Assembly: GCF_963921235.1 (NCBI RefSeq)
Contig: NC_086097.1
Coordinates: forward strand, 197,472,001 to 197,536,000
Length of the DNA stretch: 64,000 bases
From: Mobula hypostoma
Lineage: Eukaryota
Direction of reading: 5' to 3'
Position numbers and translations under genes: made by a program. Shown piece by piece: positions 61,388-64,000 of this stretch; positions within the stretch are counted from its first letter, which is position 1; every line of letters starts with the position of its first letter. The notes under the pieces are model-generated. The model did not search any database. It saw nothing but the letters and a program-made list of their open reading frames with translations, and had not been told where the DNA came from.

Positions 61388-61559
61388 TCACATCGGCGGG
61401 AAAATCACATCAGGTGACCTCCAAAAGACCATTACATCATTCTCACTAAAAAAAAAAGATCTCCTTGAGCATGTAACATAATCAAGGCACAGAAGTCTGC
61501 AGATTCCCTTAATCTGTCTGTGAGCCAAATCTGTCAGTAACTGAGTTTTGCTTCCCCTC

Positions 61560-62426
61560 AGTTCCATAGGACACAGGAGGAAATTTAGACCATTCAGCCC
61601 ATTGAGTCTGCTCTGCCATTTCATCATGAATGATCCATTTCCCTCTCAACCCCATACTTCTGCCTTTTCTCCGTAAACTTTAACTCCCTGACTAATCAAA
61701 ACCTATCAACCTCCTCCTTAAATACACCCAATGACCCGACTTCCACTGCTGCCTGTGGCAACAAATTCCAGTCTGGCTCAAGAAATTCCTCCTCATCTTA
61801 GATCTAAATGGACATCCCTCTATTTTGAGGCTGTGTTCTCTGGTCCAAGACTCATTCACGATTGGAAACATTCTCTTCAGATCCACTCTGTCTAGGCCTT
61901 TCAATATTTGTTGCATTGAATGAGATTCCTCCCTCAATTCCAGCAAGTACAGGCCTAGAACCATCAAATGCTCCTCATATAATAACCCTTTCATTTCTGG
62001 AATTATTCTCTTGAACCTACTCTGAATCCTCTCCAATGTCAGCACATCCTTTCTTAGATAGGAGACCCAAAACTGCTCACAGTGCACCAAGTGATGCCTC
62101 ACTGGTGTCATATAAAACCGCCGTATTTACATCCTTGGTCTGGTATTCTAGCCTTCTTGGAATGAATGCTAACAATGAATTTGCCTTCCTCAGCATTGAC
62201 TCAACCTGCAAGTTAACCTTTAGGGAATCCTGCACAAGGACACCCATGTCCCTTTACACCTCAGATTTCTGAATTTCCTCTCCATTTAGAAAATAGTCGA
62301 CACTTTTATTTCTTCCACCAAAGTGCATGACCATACACTTCCTGACACTGTATTCCATTTGCCACTTCTTTGTCCATTTTTCTAATCTGTCTAAGTCCTT
62401 TTGTAGCCCTTCTGCTTCCTCTACAC
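61560..62426 (-). mobile_element. CR1 3' portion, cut at 62427 by a hAT element
   Basis: ORF 61692-62111 and the C-terminal half of ORF 62254-62526 (LQKDLDRL.KW.KKWQM). Confidence 0.85.
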
Positions 62427-62916
62427 CAGGGGTCCCCAACCTTTTTTGCTCTGCTGACCGATTTATTATTGACAATATTCTTGCGGACCGGGGGTGGGGG
62501 GGGTGGGTAGGGTTGCCAACGGACAAGAGGAGCAGTCAAATACATGGTGTTTACCCCGAGAAAGACTATGATGACCATGAAGCCTTGCGCGGGCACCTGT
62601 GTGCGCATGCGTGTACGTGCTGTTTTTTTTCTACAAATCGTTTTTGGTGATTCTGTTGGGGGGGGGAGTGTTAATCACAACCGGAATATAGGTGATAAGT
62701 GGCTAATACACTCAATTTTGTTTCTAAAAGGGTTTTTCTAACGAAGTTAATATTAAACACACAGCGAATATTTTCCTCACATGAATATAGTGATGTCAAT
62801 TATCAGGGGAGGACAGGGGAACTTGAAGTAAGTGTTGAACGAACTTCCACTAGAAGTGGTAGAGGCAGGTTCGACATTATCATTTAAAGAAAAATTGGAT
62901 AGGTATATGGACAGGA
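62427..62916 (-). mobile_element. Second, partial copy of the 32041-33238 hAT family, in inverted orientation
   Basis: TIR caggggtccccaacc and sequence collinear with the reverse complement of about 32708-33238, including the embedded CR1 piece. Confidence 0.88.
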
Positions 62917-64000
62917 AGCTTAATATTCCAGGGTTCCGATGTTTCAGATGTGATTCAGGCAGAGGAATGAAAGGTGGGGGAGTAGCATTGCTTGTTAGGG
63001 AAAATATTACAGCAGTGCTCAGGTAGGACAGATTAGAAGGCTTGTCTACTGAGTCCTTATGGGTGGTGCTGAGAAACAGGAAAGGTATGGCCACATTAGT
63101 GGGATTGTATTACAGACCACCCAATAGTCAATGAGAATTGGAAGAGCAAATCTGCAGAGAGATAGCAGACAACTGCAGGAAACATAAAGTTGTGGTGGTA
63201 GGGGATTTTAATTTTCCATATATTGATTGGGACTCCCATACTGTTAGGGGTCCAGATGGTTTAGAGTTTGTAAAATGTGTTCAGGAAAGTTTTCTAAATC
63301 AATATATAGAGGGACCAGCTAGAGGGGATGCAATATTGGATCTTCTGTTAGGAAACGAGTTAGGACAAGTGACGGAAGTCTGTGTAGGGGAGCACTTTGG
63401 TTCCAGTGATCATAACACCATTAATTTCAACTTGATCATGGACAAGGATAGATCTGGTCCTAGGGTTGAGGTTCTGAATTGGAAGAAGGCCAAATTTGAA
63501 GAAATGAGAAAGGATCTAAAAAGCATGGATTGGGACAGGTTGTTCTCTGGCAAAGTTGTGATCGGTAGGTGGGAAGCCTTCAAAGGAGAAATTTTGAGAG
63601 TGCAGAGTTTGTATGTTCCTGTCAGGATTAAAGGCAAAGTGAATAGGAATAAGGAACCTTGGTTCTCAAAGGATATTGCAACTCTGATAAAGAAGAAGAG
63701 GGAGTTGTATGACATGTATAGGAAGCAGGGAGTAAATAAGGTGCTTGAGGAGTATAAGAAGTGCAAGAAAATACTTAAGAAAGAAATCAGGAGGGCTAAA
63801 AGAAGACATGAGGTTGCCTTGGCAGTCAAAGTGAAGGATAATCCAAAGAGCTTTTACAGGTATATTAAGAGCCAAAGGATTGCAGGGGATAAAATTGGTC
63901 CTCTTGAAGATCAGAGTGGTCGGGTATGTGCGGAACCAAAGGAAATGGAGGAGATCTTAAATAGGTTTTTTGCGTCTGTATTTACTAAGAAAATTGGCAT
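62917..64000 (+). mobile_element. Young CR1 LINE, endonuclease region onward, running off the window edge
   Basis: Translates GGGVALLV, YYRPPNS, VGDFNFP.IDW, ILDL and GSSDH with a few CGA/CAG-type stops. Near-identical to the reverse complement of 22440-22698. Confidence 0.9.

Larger units (their letters stand above)
55491..61478 (-). mobile_element. Complete-boundary Gmr1-like Gypsy LTR retrotransposon (gag-PR-IN-RT-RH order); RT C-terminus and RNase H largely deleted
   Basis: LTRs at 55491-56361 and 60604-61478 (TGTTAC...GTAACA) with TSD taat/taat. PBS at 60579-60596; PPT next to 56362. ORF 57120-59978 holds capsid, CCHC knuckle, DTG protease, HHCC and DDE integrase and GPY motif, followed by the start of RT. 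RT scraps (YIDD) lie in 56592-56903. Confidence 0.95.

Overview
This is eukaryotic, transposon-dense genomic DNA from a cartilaginous fish. The CR1, Rex1 and Penelope subfamilies look like those of rays; the taxon is inferred, not determined. The only confidently identified host coding sequence is a 143-nt plus-strand internal exon of TRAPPC9 (51309-51451, [47 protein letters not shown]). No neighbouring TRAPPC9 exon was found, so the rest of the window appears to be two large introns. Most bases are nested, decayed mobile elements: many CR1 LINEs, Rex1/Babar LINEs (one near full length), a near full-length RTE-group LINE with a (TAG)n tail, and Penelope-like elements carrying minimal hammerhead ribozyme motifs. 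There is also a complete Gmr1-type Gypsy element (order gag-PR-IN-RT, tRNA-Pro PBS, 4-bp TSD), three solo LTRs and several hAT non-autonomous elements. The most interesting unexplained signal is a chain of phase-compatible minus-strand exon candidates in non-repetitive islands (19600-19695/19724, 16613-16708, 4393-4588, possibly also 34835-34959 and 35434-35474). It could be an unannotated protein-coding gene nested antisense inside the TRAPPC9 intron. No CRISPR, rRNA or tRNA genes were seen. All alignments and counts were done by eye, and boundaries of decayed repeats are approximate.
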